Below are positions 9,056-18,760 of a stretch of 64,000 nt of DNA, one piece after another (position 1 is the stretch's first letter; each line of letters begins with the position of its first letter). Below the pieces are notes generated by a model, which made no database searches, was not told where the DNA came from, and saw only the letters and a program-made list of their open reading frames with translations. Source of the stretch: an uncultured virus (IMG/VR IMGVR_UViG_3300041411_000304) (Duplodnaviria; Heunggongvirae; Uroviricota; Caudoviricetes); IMG/VR virus record IMGVR_UViG_3300041411_000304, one strand, 5' to 3'. The position numbers and the translations under genes were made by a program.

Positions 9056-10357
9056 ATGACCATAAAGACTGATCAAAAGCCGTCCTACAGCCTCGTGCCG
9101 ACCAAGGCGACGGCCGACATGGTGCACGCCGGCATCGGCCACGCGCACGGCATCAGCTACGCGTCGGCCTGCGGCATCATCGAACGGGCCATAGCAGCAG
9201 CGCCGGAGGTCTTCCCTACCAAGCGGGCCGACCTGGACGAAATCGTGCGCCTTGCCCAAAAGCGTGGCGCCTCGGTGCTGTTCCTTGTGGAGCCGGACGC
9301 GCCGGGAATCGACAGCATGCTGGCTGCCGAGCACACCAGAAGCTTGCTAGCTGAAGTCTATGAATTGCGCCGGGAGAATAACCAGCTGCGCGCTGGCGTA
9401 GAAGGTACAGTGCCGGCCCACAAGTTCAACGGCCTGGTTCAGCACTGTAAGATGCTGGAGGATCGAGTGGCCAGTCTAAGTCGAGAGCTCAACCAAGTTC
9501 GCTACTACGAAGCCGGCAACACCTGGTTCTGGGAGCGCGAAGGTGAGAACAACCTGGACTCGTTGACCTGCCCAATCGTCATCCAGTCCCAGGACTTGCG
9601 GGAGTTGCTGGCGACGTCCGTGACTCCTGAGCTGGAGCAGGCCATCGGCGAGATGGCCAAAGGGCCGGAGATGAATCGCGCGCCCGTTGAAGTGGTTTCG
9701 AGAATTCTGGAATTCACGTACTGCAACTATCGTGGAGAGTGGTCGCGGCGAAAGGTAGTGCCGCGACTGATGACGTTCAAGTCCACTGAGTTCCACCCGG
9801 AGCCGCAATGGCTGCTGCAGGCGTTCGATGTTGATCGGGATGGCGTCCGCGACTTTGCCATGAAGGACATGTACTTTGACGAGGACTGTGAACCGGCAGA
9901 GCGTGGCCGTCTTGTCCGTGAATTGGACGTCGCCCTCAACGGTAAGGCCGGCGCTGCCAAACAGGCGAGTCTCTGCGATATCGTCGCGCAAGTCGTAAAA
10001 CTTATAGGAATGAGCGGCCTTCCGCACCTACTGGCTGATTTCCCACCTGCCAATGCCTCGGACATTCAAGCGGCCTTTTCCATCAAGGTGGAGAAGTTCA
10101 TCTGCCAACAGATCGGGCGCCAATGGTCCGCAGAAGGGATGTCCATCGAGTCTCTGATCAAAGACCTGGTCGATGCCAAATGGACTCCGCGCCTGCCATC
10201 CAACGTCCAGATCGTCAAAGAGTATGGCGGGCACCCAGGCATCAACTTGATCATCAATGGTCTACAAGACTTCCATCCGTTCCACTCGGCAAATCCCCAG
10301 CAAGCCCGACGCGCCAAGTTCCTTGCGGCGCTGGCAGGAATTGACATCAATGGCTAA
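9056..10357 (+). CDS. mosaic protein with central WYL-like domain
   Basis: FTYCNYRGEWSRRKVVP...QWLLQAFDVDRDGVRDFAMKDM matches the WYL pattern. Confidence 0.7.
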   Translation: MTIKTDQKPSYSLVPTKATADMVHAGIGHAHGISYASACGIIERAIAAAPEVFPTKRADLDEIVRLAQKRGASVLFLVEPDAPGIDSMLAAEHTRSLLAEVYELRRENNQLRAGVEGTVPAHKFNGLVQHCKMLEDRVASLSRELNQVRYYEAGNTWFWEREGENNLDSLTCPIVIQSQDLRELLATSVTPELEQAIGEMAKGPEMNRAPVEVVSRILEFTYCNYRGEWSRRKVVPRLMTFKSTEFHPEPQWLLQAFDVDRDGVRDFAMKDMYFDEDCEPAERGRLVRELDVALNGKAGAAKQASLCDIVAQVVKLIGMSGLPHLLADFPPANASDIQAAFSIKVEKFICQQIGRQWSAEGMSIESLIKDLVDAKWTPRLPSNVQIVKEYGGHPGINLIINGLQDFHPFHSANPQQARRAKFLAALAGIDING

Positions 10358-10514
10358 GTCCAAATCCATCAGCGAGATGACTGCCATAGAGCTTCTGTCG
10401 CACATCATCCATAGTCCGGAGTATCTAACCGATACATACTACATCAAAGAACGCTGGGAAATCGAGGCGCGTTATCAACAACTGCGTGACGAGGATTTGG
10501 ACGATGGAAAGTAA
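10350..10514 (+). CDS. hypothetical protein
   Basis: Small ORF overlapping both neighbours (MAKSKS start). Confidence 0.55.
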   Translation: MAKSKSISEMTAIELLSHIIHSPEYLTDTYYIKERWEIEARYQQLRDEDLDDGK

Positions 10515-11583
10515 CAAGCCTGCCCGTCTCGCAGTTGCAGAAGAGTTCCTGCGCCAGCTCCAGCACACCATCCCGGAGGACGAGCGGGTGATGGTCGGCT
10601 ATGCGGAGGAGGCCACCGTGCAGACAGACGCTAGCGGGAAGAAGGTCAATGCTGGCTGGTGGCCTGTGCCGTGGAAGGACGGCAAATATGTAAACTCGCG
10701 CTCCAACTGCTATGCCTGCATTTCGTCCTCGGTGAAGACTCCGAACCCGCGAACCGGTGAGATGCGCTATTGGCGAGGCGAGACCAGCTTTGGCCACGGA
10801 CTGGCCCTGATGGTGGACGATATCGGCGACGGCAAAGGCTCCAAGGGCGGACTCGGCCTGGACTTCTTTGAGCTCCGGCTGCCACCTACAGCCACCGTGG
10901 AGACGTCGCCGGGCAACTATCAGCTCTGGTATTTCTTCGATGAGCCGGTGGACTCGTTGCTCCACTTCAAGGCGCTGCTGAATTGCTTCGTGGCGAACGT
11001 GCTGAAGAAGGGCGGTGACAACACCATCAAGGACATTTCTCGCTTCGGGCGGATGCCCATCGGCTACAACAACAAGCGCGAAGGTCCAGACGGCAAGTTG
11101 AAGTATGCGATGGAGGACGGCAAGCCATTCCAGGTGCGCCTGGTCCACGCAGACTACTCGCGGCGCTACTCGCCAGAAGAGGTTGCCCGCCAGTTCGGCT
11201 TCTCCATCGTCCTGCCGCAGAAGCCGGCGCTGACCATCAACGAGGATGATTGGAAATTCGATCAAGTCTGGTTGAAGTATGCCGAGCGCATTTGCTCCAA
11301 GTTGCAGATGGGCGAAGGTTCGGGCGGCGAGGTTTCCATGAACATGTCCGGCAAATATCGCATCCGCTGTCCATGGGGCGATGAGCACACCAACGGCGAC
11401 CCATTCGGCGCCTACTTCCGTGGGCCGATCCCTGGTGCAGAGCATGAGTATGTGTTCGGTTGCGGTCACGATACCTGCCGCAAACTCCACAAGCGTACCT
11501 GGGCCGTCTTCATCGACGAAATCGTTATACCTTACATGGCCGATGCGTTAGAATCGATCAACCGAAAAGCAGCAGGAATCTGA
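10504..11583 (+). CDS. RepB-type (AEP) DNA primase with C-terminal Zn-binding motif
   Basis: MVDD, ETSPGNYQ, RFGRMP motifs; CPW..EH and CGH..C. Confidence 0.85.
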   Translation: MESNKPARLAVAEEFLRQLQHTIPEDERVMVGYAEEATVQTDASGKKVNAGWWPVPWKDGKYVNSRSNCYACISSSVKTPNPRTGEMRYWRGETSFGHGLALMVDDIGDGKGSKGGLGLDFFELRLPPTATVETSPGNYQLWYFFDEPVDSLLHFKALLNCFVANVLKKGGDNTIKDISRFGRMPIGYNNKREGPDGKLKYAMEDGKPFQVRLVHADYSRRYSPEEVARQFGFSIVLPQKPALTINEDDWKFDQVWLKYAERICSKLQMGEGSGGEVSMNMSGKYRIRCPWGDEHTNGDPFGAYFRGPIPGAEHEYVFGCGHDTCRKLHKRTWAVFIDEIVIPYMADALESINRKAAGI

Positions 11584-11585
11584 AC

Positions 11586-11792
11586 ATGAGCAAGACCGCA
11601 AGAATGTCCGTCAAAGTCGAAGTGGAGGTGGTCGTCGGCACATGGGATGCCAGTGCCACCTTCTCCAGCCTCCGCGAGCAGATCAAACGCGAGGCCCTGG
11701 GCAAGTTGAAGCGCGCCATAGCCGGTGACAACGAGGTCGCCATCACCAAAGTCACTGGCTATGGCGCTGCCATTTTGGATTCCGCAGAATGA
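11586..11792 (+). CDS. hypothetical protein
   Basis: ATG just after primase stop. Confidence 0.6.
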   Translation: MSKTARMSVKVEVEVVVGTWDASATFSSLREQIKREALGKLKRAIAGDNEVAITKVTGYGAAILDSAE

Positions 11793-11965
11793 TCGACGTC
11801 TACCTGGAAATCATCGTTCACCTCGTGATGTTCCTTCTCGGTGTGATGCTCGCCTGGCCGGAGCCGGGCAAGGGCGTCCATCGCTGGCACTTGGTGTCCG
11901 GCGCCACCGTCTGCTTTGGAGCCGTTCTGTTCGGCTGCTGGCGCCTGTTTGAGTACGCGACATGA
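11789..11965 (+). CDS. small two-TM membrane protein (58 aa, not in ORF track)
   Basis: MIDVYLEIIVHLVMFLLGVMLAW...; ATGA overlaps at both ends. Confidence 0.6.
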   Translation: MIDVYLEIIVHLVMFLLGVMLAWPEPGKGVHRWHLVSGATVCFGAVLFGCWRLFEYAT

Positions 11966-12150
11966 GCACGTTCAACGCGCAAGAATTTGTGAAGTGGATA
12001 AAGGATGACCAAGTCCCTTTTCGCCCGGAGGATGAGTGGGAGGATAAATTCAGCGAGATTGACCACGTCGCCTCCGCGCGACGTCGCGAGGCTGCTGAAG
12101 CCAAGCGCCAGCGCCGGATCGAACGCAACCGAAAGAGGGAAGGAAAGTGA
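11962..12150 (+). CDS. hypothetical protein
   Basis: Translationally coupled ORF. Confidence 0.65.
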   Translation: MSTFNAQEFVKWIKDDQVPFRPEDEWEDKFSEIDHVASARRREAAEAKRQRRIERNRKREGK

Positions 12151-12590
12151 GCCGAGAGTTGCAATTGATCCTCAAGGCAGGTGACCAGATCATCGCCACC
12201 GAGGATGCTTATTTTGACTACAACGAGGAAGTCAAGGCCAAGCGCCTCCTTTCGCAGCGCAAAGGCGACATCATCATGGTCAACAACCCGATGGTGACGC
12301 GCAACGCCAATGGCGTCATCACCAGCATCGGAGACAAGGTGAACGGCAACGGCATCTATGATGGAGGCGGAAGGCCCAAAGGCGAGCGCCCGAACAAGGG
12401 CCTTGGCTGCGGCCTGAAGGTCGGCACCTTTCGTATGGCCACACCCGATGATCCTGGCTACATGGCCACCCGCGAGCAATGGGATGGCCACCTCAGTCAA
12501 CGCCTCAAATCCGAGCGCCGGCAAGCCTTTGTTGCCACCGCGCTGCTACTGCTCACACTCGGCCTAATCGCCATCCACCAAGCCACCTAA
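12147..12590 (+). CDS. hypothetical protein with C-terminal TM helix
   Basis: GTGA overlap; hydrophobic C-terminus. Confidence 0.65.
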   Translation: MSRELQLILKAGDQIIATEDAYFDYNEEVKAKRLLSQRKGDIIMVNNPMVTRNANGVITSIGDKVNGNGIYDGGGRPKGERPNKGLGCGLKVGTFRMATPDDPGYMATREQWDGHLSQRLKSERRQAFVATALLLLTLGLIAIHQAT

Positions 12591-12608
12591 GAGAAGGAAC
12601 CGCAACCA

Positions 12609-13145
12609 ATGGGCCTCCGCAACAACATCAACCACATCGCCGTCGATACGCCAAACGCCAAAGGCTGGGCGCCGATCTTCTATAAGGGCCACCCGGTCGC
12701 TCGCATCCGCCTTGGCACCAAGGATATTGCCGCGATGGACCAGGACGCCAAGGCTCCCTGGATTCTGGAGTGCTTCCCGTATCCGGTCTGTGTCATCTGC
12801 GCCAACCACGAACTCGTCAAGCAGGAACTCGGTGCCCCGATGGCCTGTCGTCACTGCCTGAAGGTCCGCCTGGCCCGCACCACCTACCACAACCTTGGCA
12901 GCGCCGTCCTCCACGTCGTGCGCTACGTCAGCGCGCAAGAGGGCGCCTATGCCACGCAGTACGAACTGAAAACGCTGCTGAAATTCCTCCTCGGCAAGAT
13001 GGACGAAGGCGAAGCGCGCATGCAGTTCCGTCTCGATTGGTTCACTATCCGGCGCGCGACTGAAGCCGGCCTGGCGACCACTACCAATGGACGTATCGAA
13101 GCGCCAGCCGAGCAGGTAGAATCGGCGGTCCAGGCTCAAGAATAG
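12609..13145 (+). CDS. hypothetical protein with CxxC...CxxC motif
   Basis: CVIC and CRHC. Confidence 0.7.
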   Translation: MGLRNNINHIAVDTPNAKGWAPIFYKGHPVARIRLGTKDIAAMDQDAKAPWILECFPYPVCVICANHELVKQELGAPMACRHCLKVRLARTTYHNLGSAVLHVVRYVSAQEGAYATQYELKTLLKFLLGKMDEGEARMQFRLDWFTIRRATEAGLATTTNGRIEAPAEQVESAVQAQE

Positions 13146-13275
13146 TTCGCCAAAGAACACTGAGCACGGAACTTTAATTGCCCTGGACGGTCGCGGGCGG
13201 GATAATAGCGACCCTTTCCCCCTAGAAAACATGTGCTGCCAAATGTAGCGCATATCACCGCTGTAAGGAGTTCGA

Positions 13276-14973
13276 ATGAACACAGAGGAACCGGGCGCCA
13301 GCAATGGCACTCACGATGATTCCGATATGTTCGACCTCTCGCTGATGACCGACGCTGGATTCAGTGAAGAGATGGAAGCCGCAGAAGAGGAAGCTGTACA
13401 GGTCGCGCTCAAGCTCAGCCATCGCGGCCACCGATCAGCGGTTGATGATGCTGAAATATACGCTGAGGCGAACCTAGCCAAGCGCGCCCGACGCCTCGCC
13501 CAGTTCGTGATCTTCAAGCACTTCAAGAAGGCTTCAAAGGTCAAGGATGAAGATGTTGGCCCGCAACCCGATCCATCCTCATCGCTAAACATGTACCTGG
13601 CCTTTGACGCCCTCTTTGATAAGGGCAGCGGCCGTGTGCCATTCCCGCACGTCGATACCTTCCGAGGCCGGCACGTCGATCATCGCGGCGAGCCAATCGA
13701 GAAGTTGATGGACACCCGCGAGATCGAAGAGGCCATGGACGAAATTGGCCTGGTGAACCCGCGACGGAAGATCGTCCAAGAGTGCTATGAGCAATGGGCG
13801 CTCACGCACTTCCACGACCCGATTCAACACTACATCAGGACCAAGACGCCCGACTGGGACGGCGTATCGCGCCTGGATGACTCGCTGATCAAATTGTTCC
13901 GCCCGAAGGACACGCCGCTGACCAGGCTGGTCAGTCGCTACTTCTGGTTGTCACTCTATCAACGCATCATGTTTCCTGGGACGCTGGCGCAACTCTCCAT
14001 CGCGCTGATCGGCGCCCAGGATGCGGGCAAGTCGTATTTCTCTCTGCTCCTTTGCCGCACCTTGATGGGCCAGCCGGACGTCCTCCCGACGCTGCTGGAC
14101 CTCGGGGCGAAGGACTACAAGGAATTTCTGCGCAACATCACCGGCCAGTCCATCATCGCCAACGTCGGTGAGATGACCGGTATGAAGCACGGCGACCTGA
14201 ACCGCATCAAGGAATTTGTTGCCAAGCCCGCAGACCAGTTTGACTACAAGTTTTTGTCCTCCAAGACCAAGCAGCGGCAATGGATCACCATCATGGATGG
14301 CAACGGCTACGATGGCCTGCAGCGCGACGACACCGGCAACAGGCGATTCTATCCGCTGTTCGTGTACCAGACTGAGGACGTCGAAGGCAAGCCGGCCTGG
14401 GAGAAGGGCGTCCGCATTGACTACTCTGAGTTTAAGCAGGACATCTGGCAGATCATGGCCGAGTGCCGCGACTGGGTTGCCGCGAACGGCTTCGATGGCT
14501 GGCTGGCACTCACCAAAGAGGTTAACCAGGGCGTGTCCGCCTTCTCCGAGTCAGAAATGAATAGTGCTCGTGGCGTGATCCGTGACGAGACGGTGGAGGG
14601 CGCCATCAAGCAAGTGCTGGTGAATTGCGATGTGTTCGACGTCGCGCCTCGCGGCACCAGCAAAGGCAAGTTCTTCATTGAGACCATGAACATGCTGGTC
14701 ATCTTTGATAAGCTCGCCAAGATCAAGACATTCCCGCGCGCCTTGACGCCTCACATGAAGGCCATGGGGTTCGAAGCGGCGCAGATCGGTTCGCGCGGCT
14801 GGGCGATGGACAAGGCCAAATTGATGGATTTGTATGGCATCGCGGAGCATGATTTGAGCGTCAGGGATATGCATCGCCACATCGCGGCGCACCACATCGA
14901 TGAAGAGTTGGATGTGGCCGATTTGGATATGATGGTGACTCGTTGGAAAACGACCGAAAGCGAGCGCTTCTGA
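13276..14973 (+). CDS. VapE/VirE-family P-loop helicase-like ATPase
   Basis: PDWDGVSRL, GAQDAGKS, DDTGNRRFYP. Confidence 0.85.
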   Translation: MNTEEPGASNGTHDDSDMFDLSLMTDAGFSEEMEAAEEEAVQVALKLSHRGHRSAVDDAEIYAEANLAKRARRLAQFVIFKHFKKASKVKDEDVGPQPDPSSSLNMYLAFDALFDKGSGRVPFPHVDTFRGRHVDHRGEPIEKLMDTREIEEAMDEIGLVNPRRKIVQECYEQWALTHFHDPIQHYIRTKTPDWDGVSRLDDSLIKLFRPKDTPLTRLVSRYFWLSLYQRIMFPGTLAQLSIALIGAQDAGKSYFSLLLCRTLMGQPDVLPTLLDLGAKDYKEFLRNITGQSIIANVGEMTGMKHGDLNRIKEFVAKPADQFDYKFLSSKTKQRQWITIMDGNGYDGLQRDDTGNRRFYPLFVYQTEDVEGKPAWEKGVRIDYSEFKQDIWQIMAECRDWVAANGFDGWLALTKEVNQGVSAFSESEMNSARGVIRDETVEGAIKQVLVNCDVFDVAPRGTSKGKFFIETMNMLVIFDKLAKIKTFPRALTPHMKAMGFEAAQIGSRGWAMDKAKLMDLYGIAEHDLSVRDMHRHIAAHHIDEELDVADLDMMVTRWKTTESERF

Positions 14974-15000
14974 GTTTCTAGGGAATGGCTAGTGTGGCCA

Positions 15001-15028
15001 GGGGCGTCCTTCGGGGCGCCTTATTTTT
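15001..15028 (+). terminator. rho-independent terminator
   Basis: GGGGCGTCC-TTCG-GGGCGCCTT then ATTTTT. Confidence 0.75.
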
Positions 15029-15049
15029 GTCCGCTGTTTGGTGAGCTTC

Positions 15050-15620
15050 GGAGTTATCCGATAAGTTGTTGTGTGGTTGGTTACTTGTTTGTGGTTGTTG
15101 GTTCGTGGTTTGTGTACGCTTGCCGCGTTTGGTCTGACTGTAAAGTGTGGATTTAGTGTCGACAACCAGTGTTAAGAGTTATCGGATAGCTATCCGATAT
15201 TTCTATCCGATAGGTTCCGAGGGGTTGGGTAGTTGCCGCGAGGGTGCGCCGGGTGTGGGTCTTGGAAACGAGCCGCGAAGTTTGCGGATAATCGGATAGC
15301 TTTTCGATTTTCGAACTTATTAAGAAATATATACGAACGACGCTAAACGTTAGCACGCAAACTAACACGTTTTCTCCTAACGGAATATATATGTATGTCT
15401 ATCCGATTATCCGATATATTTAGCGATATGAAATCCGAAACCCAGGCAGGGCGCGGCCTGCAGCCAACTCCAAACTTATCGGATGGCGCGGCCAGGCCTC
15501 AAATTCACATCGCATTAGCCGATAAGTTCCACGCAGCCCAGGCAGGGCGCGGCCTCCGCAATCGATCCACACAACCACAGCAATCAGCGGCCATGTACCA
15601 CAAACCACGCATCAGCAACA
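15050..15620. other. putative replication origin / cis element, copy 1
   Basis: Multiple TATCCGATA/TATCGGATA iterons; 15-bp inverted repeat 15285-15299/15399-15413 around AT-rich core; GT-rich left, CA-rich right. Confidence 0.55.
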
Positions 15621-15787
15621 TTTGGGAGAGCAACACTGGCCAGATATACACCGCCAACATGCCCATAGACCACGCACACCGCGCGGCGGTATACTTCATT
15701 CAACCAACTTGCAAGTTGCAACTTCCGCAACTAGTCAAGTCAACTAACATACATATCCACAATTGCAACTAAGTGTGAGCCACGAAG

Positions 15788-16297
15788 ATGTCTGACGATT
15801 ATCTGCCAAACGCGAAAGACTTTGAAGACGAGAAGTTTGCGCTGATGAATACAGCATTCTTCGACAAATACATCAAGTTGCGTCTGGAGGGCGTCGGCTC
15901 CTATCGCGCATTTCGCCAGACCTTCGGTGACGATCTAATCGACGGCTTCACCACTTCTCGCATCTACGCGCTGGAGCGGAACCCGTATTTCACCAAGCAC
16001 TTCAAGCAGCGTTTCGACGTCATGAAGCCTGCGGATATGTGGTCGCCAAAGGTTTCCGTCTTCGAACTGCTCCAGATCGTGAAGGACGACATGAACAAGG
16101 CGACCAGCCGAATCTCGGCCATCAGAGAGTTGAACGTGCTCCTGGGCATCACAGTCATCGATGACCTCGGCAAGAGCAAGGTCAGCCGGTCGCTGGAGGA
16201 TTTCTACAAGGAGAATGGCGATGCAATCCAAGACGCTGTCGCCGGAGGGGACCAGGGCGAAATCCCAGCCCCAAACCCCACCCATACGACCCATTAG
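15788..16297 (+). CDS. terS: terminase small subunit
   Basis: Resembles recalled E217/PB1 TerS (RIYALERNPY, ELLQIVKD, SRISAIRELNVL, LEDFY). Confidence 0.85.
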   Translation: MSDDYLPNAKDFEDEKFALMNTAFFDKYIKLRLEGVGSYRAFRQTFGDDLIDGFTTSRIYALERNPYFTKHFKQRFDVMKPADMWSPKVSVFELLQIVKDDMNKATSRISAIRELNVLLGITVIDDLGKSKVSRSLEDFYKENGDAIQDAVAGGDQGEIPAPNPTHTTH

Positions 16298-16424
16298 ACA
16301 CACGGGCAGCCACTGCCTGGCCACGAACTGTGGTCAGGCTAGGCAAGGGTAGCGGGTCGCCCGACCGACCCACGGAAACGCCACTGCATTGGATCCACTC
16401 AGAGACGGAAACCGGAGCAAGGAT

Positions 16425-16796
16425 ATGGGAGCTTTAACGCAGATTTCGAAGGTCTTGGCGAGTGGAGACGATGGGTCGCTGCTCTTCGATTGCCCCGGTT
16501 GCGGGATGACCCACCAGGTCATGACGGGCGCCGGCTCCGGACCTCGCTGGGGATACAATGGCAATGCGGAAGCGCCGACCTTTACGCCATCGATTCTGGT
16601 GCGCTGGCATCAGTGGGAGCCTCCAGCATACGATCTGGAGATGGCCGAGCGGATTCGCCGTGGCGAGATAACGCAGGTCAAGGTGGAGAAGGTCTGCCAC
16701 TCCTTCGTGACCGATGGCCAAATCCAGTTCCTGGGCGATTGCACCCATGCTCTCGCTGGCCAGACGGTTCCGCTGAAGGAATGGGACTTGGACTGA
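16425..16796 (+). CDS. DUF6527-like protein, putative Ser-His peptidase
   Basis: CPGCG..H, W.YNG...PTFTPSI, CHSFVTDGQIQF motifs. Confidence 0.7.
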   Translation: MGALTQISKVLASGDDGSLLFDCPGCGMTHQVMTGAGSGPRWGYNGNAEAPTFTPSILVRWHQWEPPAYDLEMAERIRRGEITQVKVEKVCHSFVTDGQIQFLGDCTHALAGQTVPLKEWDLD

Positions 16797-16815
16797 CGCG
16801 AAGGCCGGAAACGAC

Positions 16816-16844
16816 AAAGGGCGCCCACCTGGAGCGCCCTTTTT
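16816..16844. terminator. bidirectional terminator between convergent genes
   Basis: AAAGGGCGC-CCACCTGGA-GCGCCCTTTTT. Confidence 0.75.
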
Positions 16845-16856
16845 GCTGCCTCGGAT

Positions 16857-17459
16857 TTACTCCTTGTCGGCGTTGGCTTCGAAGGCGCGGAACTCGTACA
16901 CGATGCCGTTGTGCTCGAAAGCCAGGGCGCCCTCCTCCTTCAGCTTCATGCGGAAGCGGATGTGCTTGGAATCCGGCAGGCCGAACTCTGCGAAGGCGGT
17001 GCGAACCGAACGGTGCTCTGTGGTCTTGCCGTTGACGGTGACGGTGACGTTATGGCGAGTCATCCGAGCAGCAGCCACCTCGGCATCGCCCCAGCTGGCA
17101 GCGATGGCTTTGCCGAGGTCTTTGGCCGGAGCGGTCTTGGCCTTCTCGCGCATCTGGCGCAGCTCGGCCAGCGCCTCTTCCTCGGTCACTTCTTCTTCCG
17201 GCTTGGCATCGGCAGCCGGGGCTTCTTCGGCCTTGGCTTTGGAAGCGTTGCGGGTCTTGTGGACCGGCAGATCGGTTTTGGCCACTTCCTCTTTTTCCGG
17301 CAGAGTGGCAACCAGGGCCAGGCAGCGACGTTCTGCGGTCTTGCGATCCGCGAACTTCTTGATGGTGGCGTCTGCGTTGTGGGCGTTCCAGAACTGAACC
17401 AGTTCCTTGGTGTCTACAGCGGTGATGTCGGCGCGGATGCGGGAGATGAGAGTGGCCAT
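16857..17459 (-). CDS. hypothetical (possibly DNA-binding) protein
   Basis: Start MATLIS; promoter TTGACG-17-GATAAT upstream. Confidence 0.75.
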   Translation of the reverse strand: MATLISRIRADITAVDTKELVQFWNAHNADATIKKFADRKTAERRCLALVATLPEKEEVAKTDLPVHKTRNASKAKAEEAPAADAKPEEEVTEEEALAELRQMREKAKTAPAKDLGKAIAASWGDAEVAAARMTRHNVTVTVNGKTTEHRSVRTAFAEFGLPDSKHIRFRMKLKEEGALAFEHNGIVYEFRAFEANADKE

Positions 17460-17600
17460 TTTCTGCGTTCCTCTTTCTGGGGTCTTTCGGTTGATCCGGC
17501 TTCTTGCCGGGAGTGAGGTCATTATCTATGAGCCTGTCCACACCGTCAACACCTTTTTGCAACTTTCTGCAAATAATGCATAGGTGCCGACGGGCGGTAG

Positions 17601-17846
17601 TCAAACAGACGACGAAATGGCGATGACGAAACCGGCCTCAGCAAAGTACGGCACCACACCCTTGTAGGCGATGGCAGTCGCGGCCAACTCCTGGCGCAGA
17701 GCCGACGAATTGGCCTTCACCCAGTCCAGGTATGCCACGGCGATGTCCTCCTCAGCCTTCTGCCAATCCTGGCCCATGCCGGTGAGCATGAATCCGAGTT
17801 CGATGCTGGAGACGGCGACGGTGATGATCATTGTTGACTGGGCCAT
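17601..17846 (-). CDS. small paralogue family member 1
   Basis: C-terminal YFAEAGFVIAI. Confidence 0.7.
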   Translation of the reverse strand: MAQSTMIITVAVSSIELGFMLTGMGQDWQKAEEDIAVAYLDWVKANSSALRQELAATAIAYKGVVPYFAEAGFVIAISSSV

Positions 17847-17849
17847 GGC

Positions 17850-18080
17850 TCAGCACTCCTGGATGACGATGCGATAGTGGCAACTCGCGAGATATCGCAG
17901 CACATTGTCGCGCGAATCGCGCGCCACCGAGTTTGCATAAGCCTGGCTGTAGCGCCGATGCGCTATTCTGACGACCTCTTCGGCCAGCAGATACACGGCC
18001 TCATCGTAATAGCGACCGGTGACAGAGAAGCCGATAGAGTCCGGAGAGTGCGCCAACTTGGCCTCGATTTTGATGGCCAT
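17850..18080 (-). CDS. small paralogue family member 2
   Basis: MAIKIEAK...FSVTG...YLASCHYRIVI. Confidence 0.7.
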   Translation of the reverse strand: MAIKIEAKLAHSPDSIGFSVTGRYYDEAVYLLAEEVVRIAHRRYSQAYANSVARDSRDNVLRYLASCHYRIVIQEC

Positions 18081-18325
18081 TACGCAGCCTCCGAGATGTG
18101 GATTTCGTATCCGCTCTGGATGAGGTAGACGAAGGGGTTGGCGCCGGATGCCGGCCAGATGGAATCGAGGACTTCGCAGAACTCGTCATTGCTCTTGTGC
18201 TTGGCAGCCCAGTCTTCGATCTGCTGGGCCAGCTCACGGTTGACCTTGTCTCGCGGGCAAGTCACCTCAAAGATGATCTCTTTGTCCGGGAGGACTTTGA
18301 TGGCGCGCACTTGGAGTATTGGCAT
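18080..18325 (-). CDS. small paralogue family member 3
   Basis: FEVT...YLIQSGYEIHI. Confidence 0.7.
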   Translation of the reverse strand: MPILQVRAIKVLPDKEIIFEVTCPRDKVNRELAQQIEDWAAKHKSNDEFCEVLDSIWPASGANPFVYLIQSGYEIHISEAA

Positions 18326-18385
18326 GGTTGGATGCTCCTTGGAAGTGAACGACCAGCCTGGCGCGGCTGGTCGTTCTGGGTCAGA

Positions 18386-18613
18386 TCAGAGGTTGTAGAT
18401 GGAGACGTCGAAGCCGTTGTAGGCCAGCCAGTCGATCAGACCGACCATACTCAGCGAGCGCATCTGGAAAGCATATTCGCTATCCTCAAAGACGGACTTG
18501 ATCCAGTCCTCAACGTCCATCTGCATCTTGACGCGAGCGCTTGCGATATTGCTGGCGGTGACTTCAAAGTGAACGTTGGCCATTTCGGCGTTCTTGGCTA
18601 CGATCTTGATCAT
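18386..18613 (-). CDS. small paralogue family member 4
   Basis: MIKIVAKNA...FEVT...WLAYNGFDVSI. Confidence 0.75.
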   Translation of the reverse strand: MIKIVAKNAEMANVHFEVTASNIASARVKMQMDVEDWIKSVFEDSEYAFQMRSLSMVGLIDWLAYNGFDVSIYNL

Positions 18614-18760
18614 GGCTTTCTGGTCCTTTCAACTTGGTAGGCGCCTCTCGCCTCCCAGTGAACAGAGTATCGCCTATCTCACAAATGGCAGGCAACAACT
18701 ATTTCAGCAGAATTATCGGACGGAATGAGGCGCCCCGGATTCCTCCGAGGCGCCTGGCCG

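Noticed and set aside
15153..15772. ORFs 15395-15772, 15153-15368, 15420-15608 and 15505-15699
   Set aside because: No RBS, atypical composition, and they overlap the iteron/inverted-repeat element.
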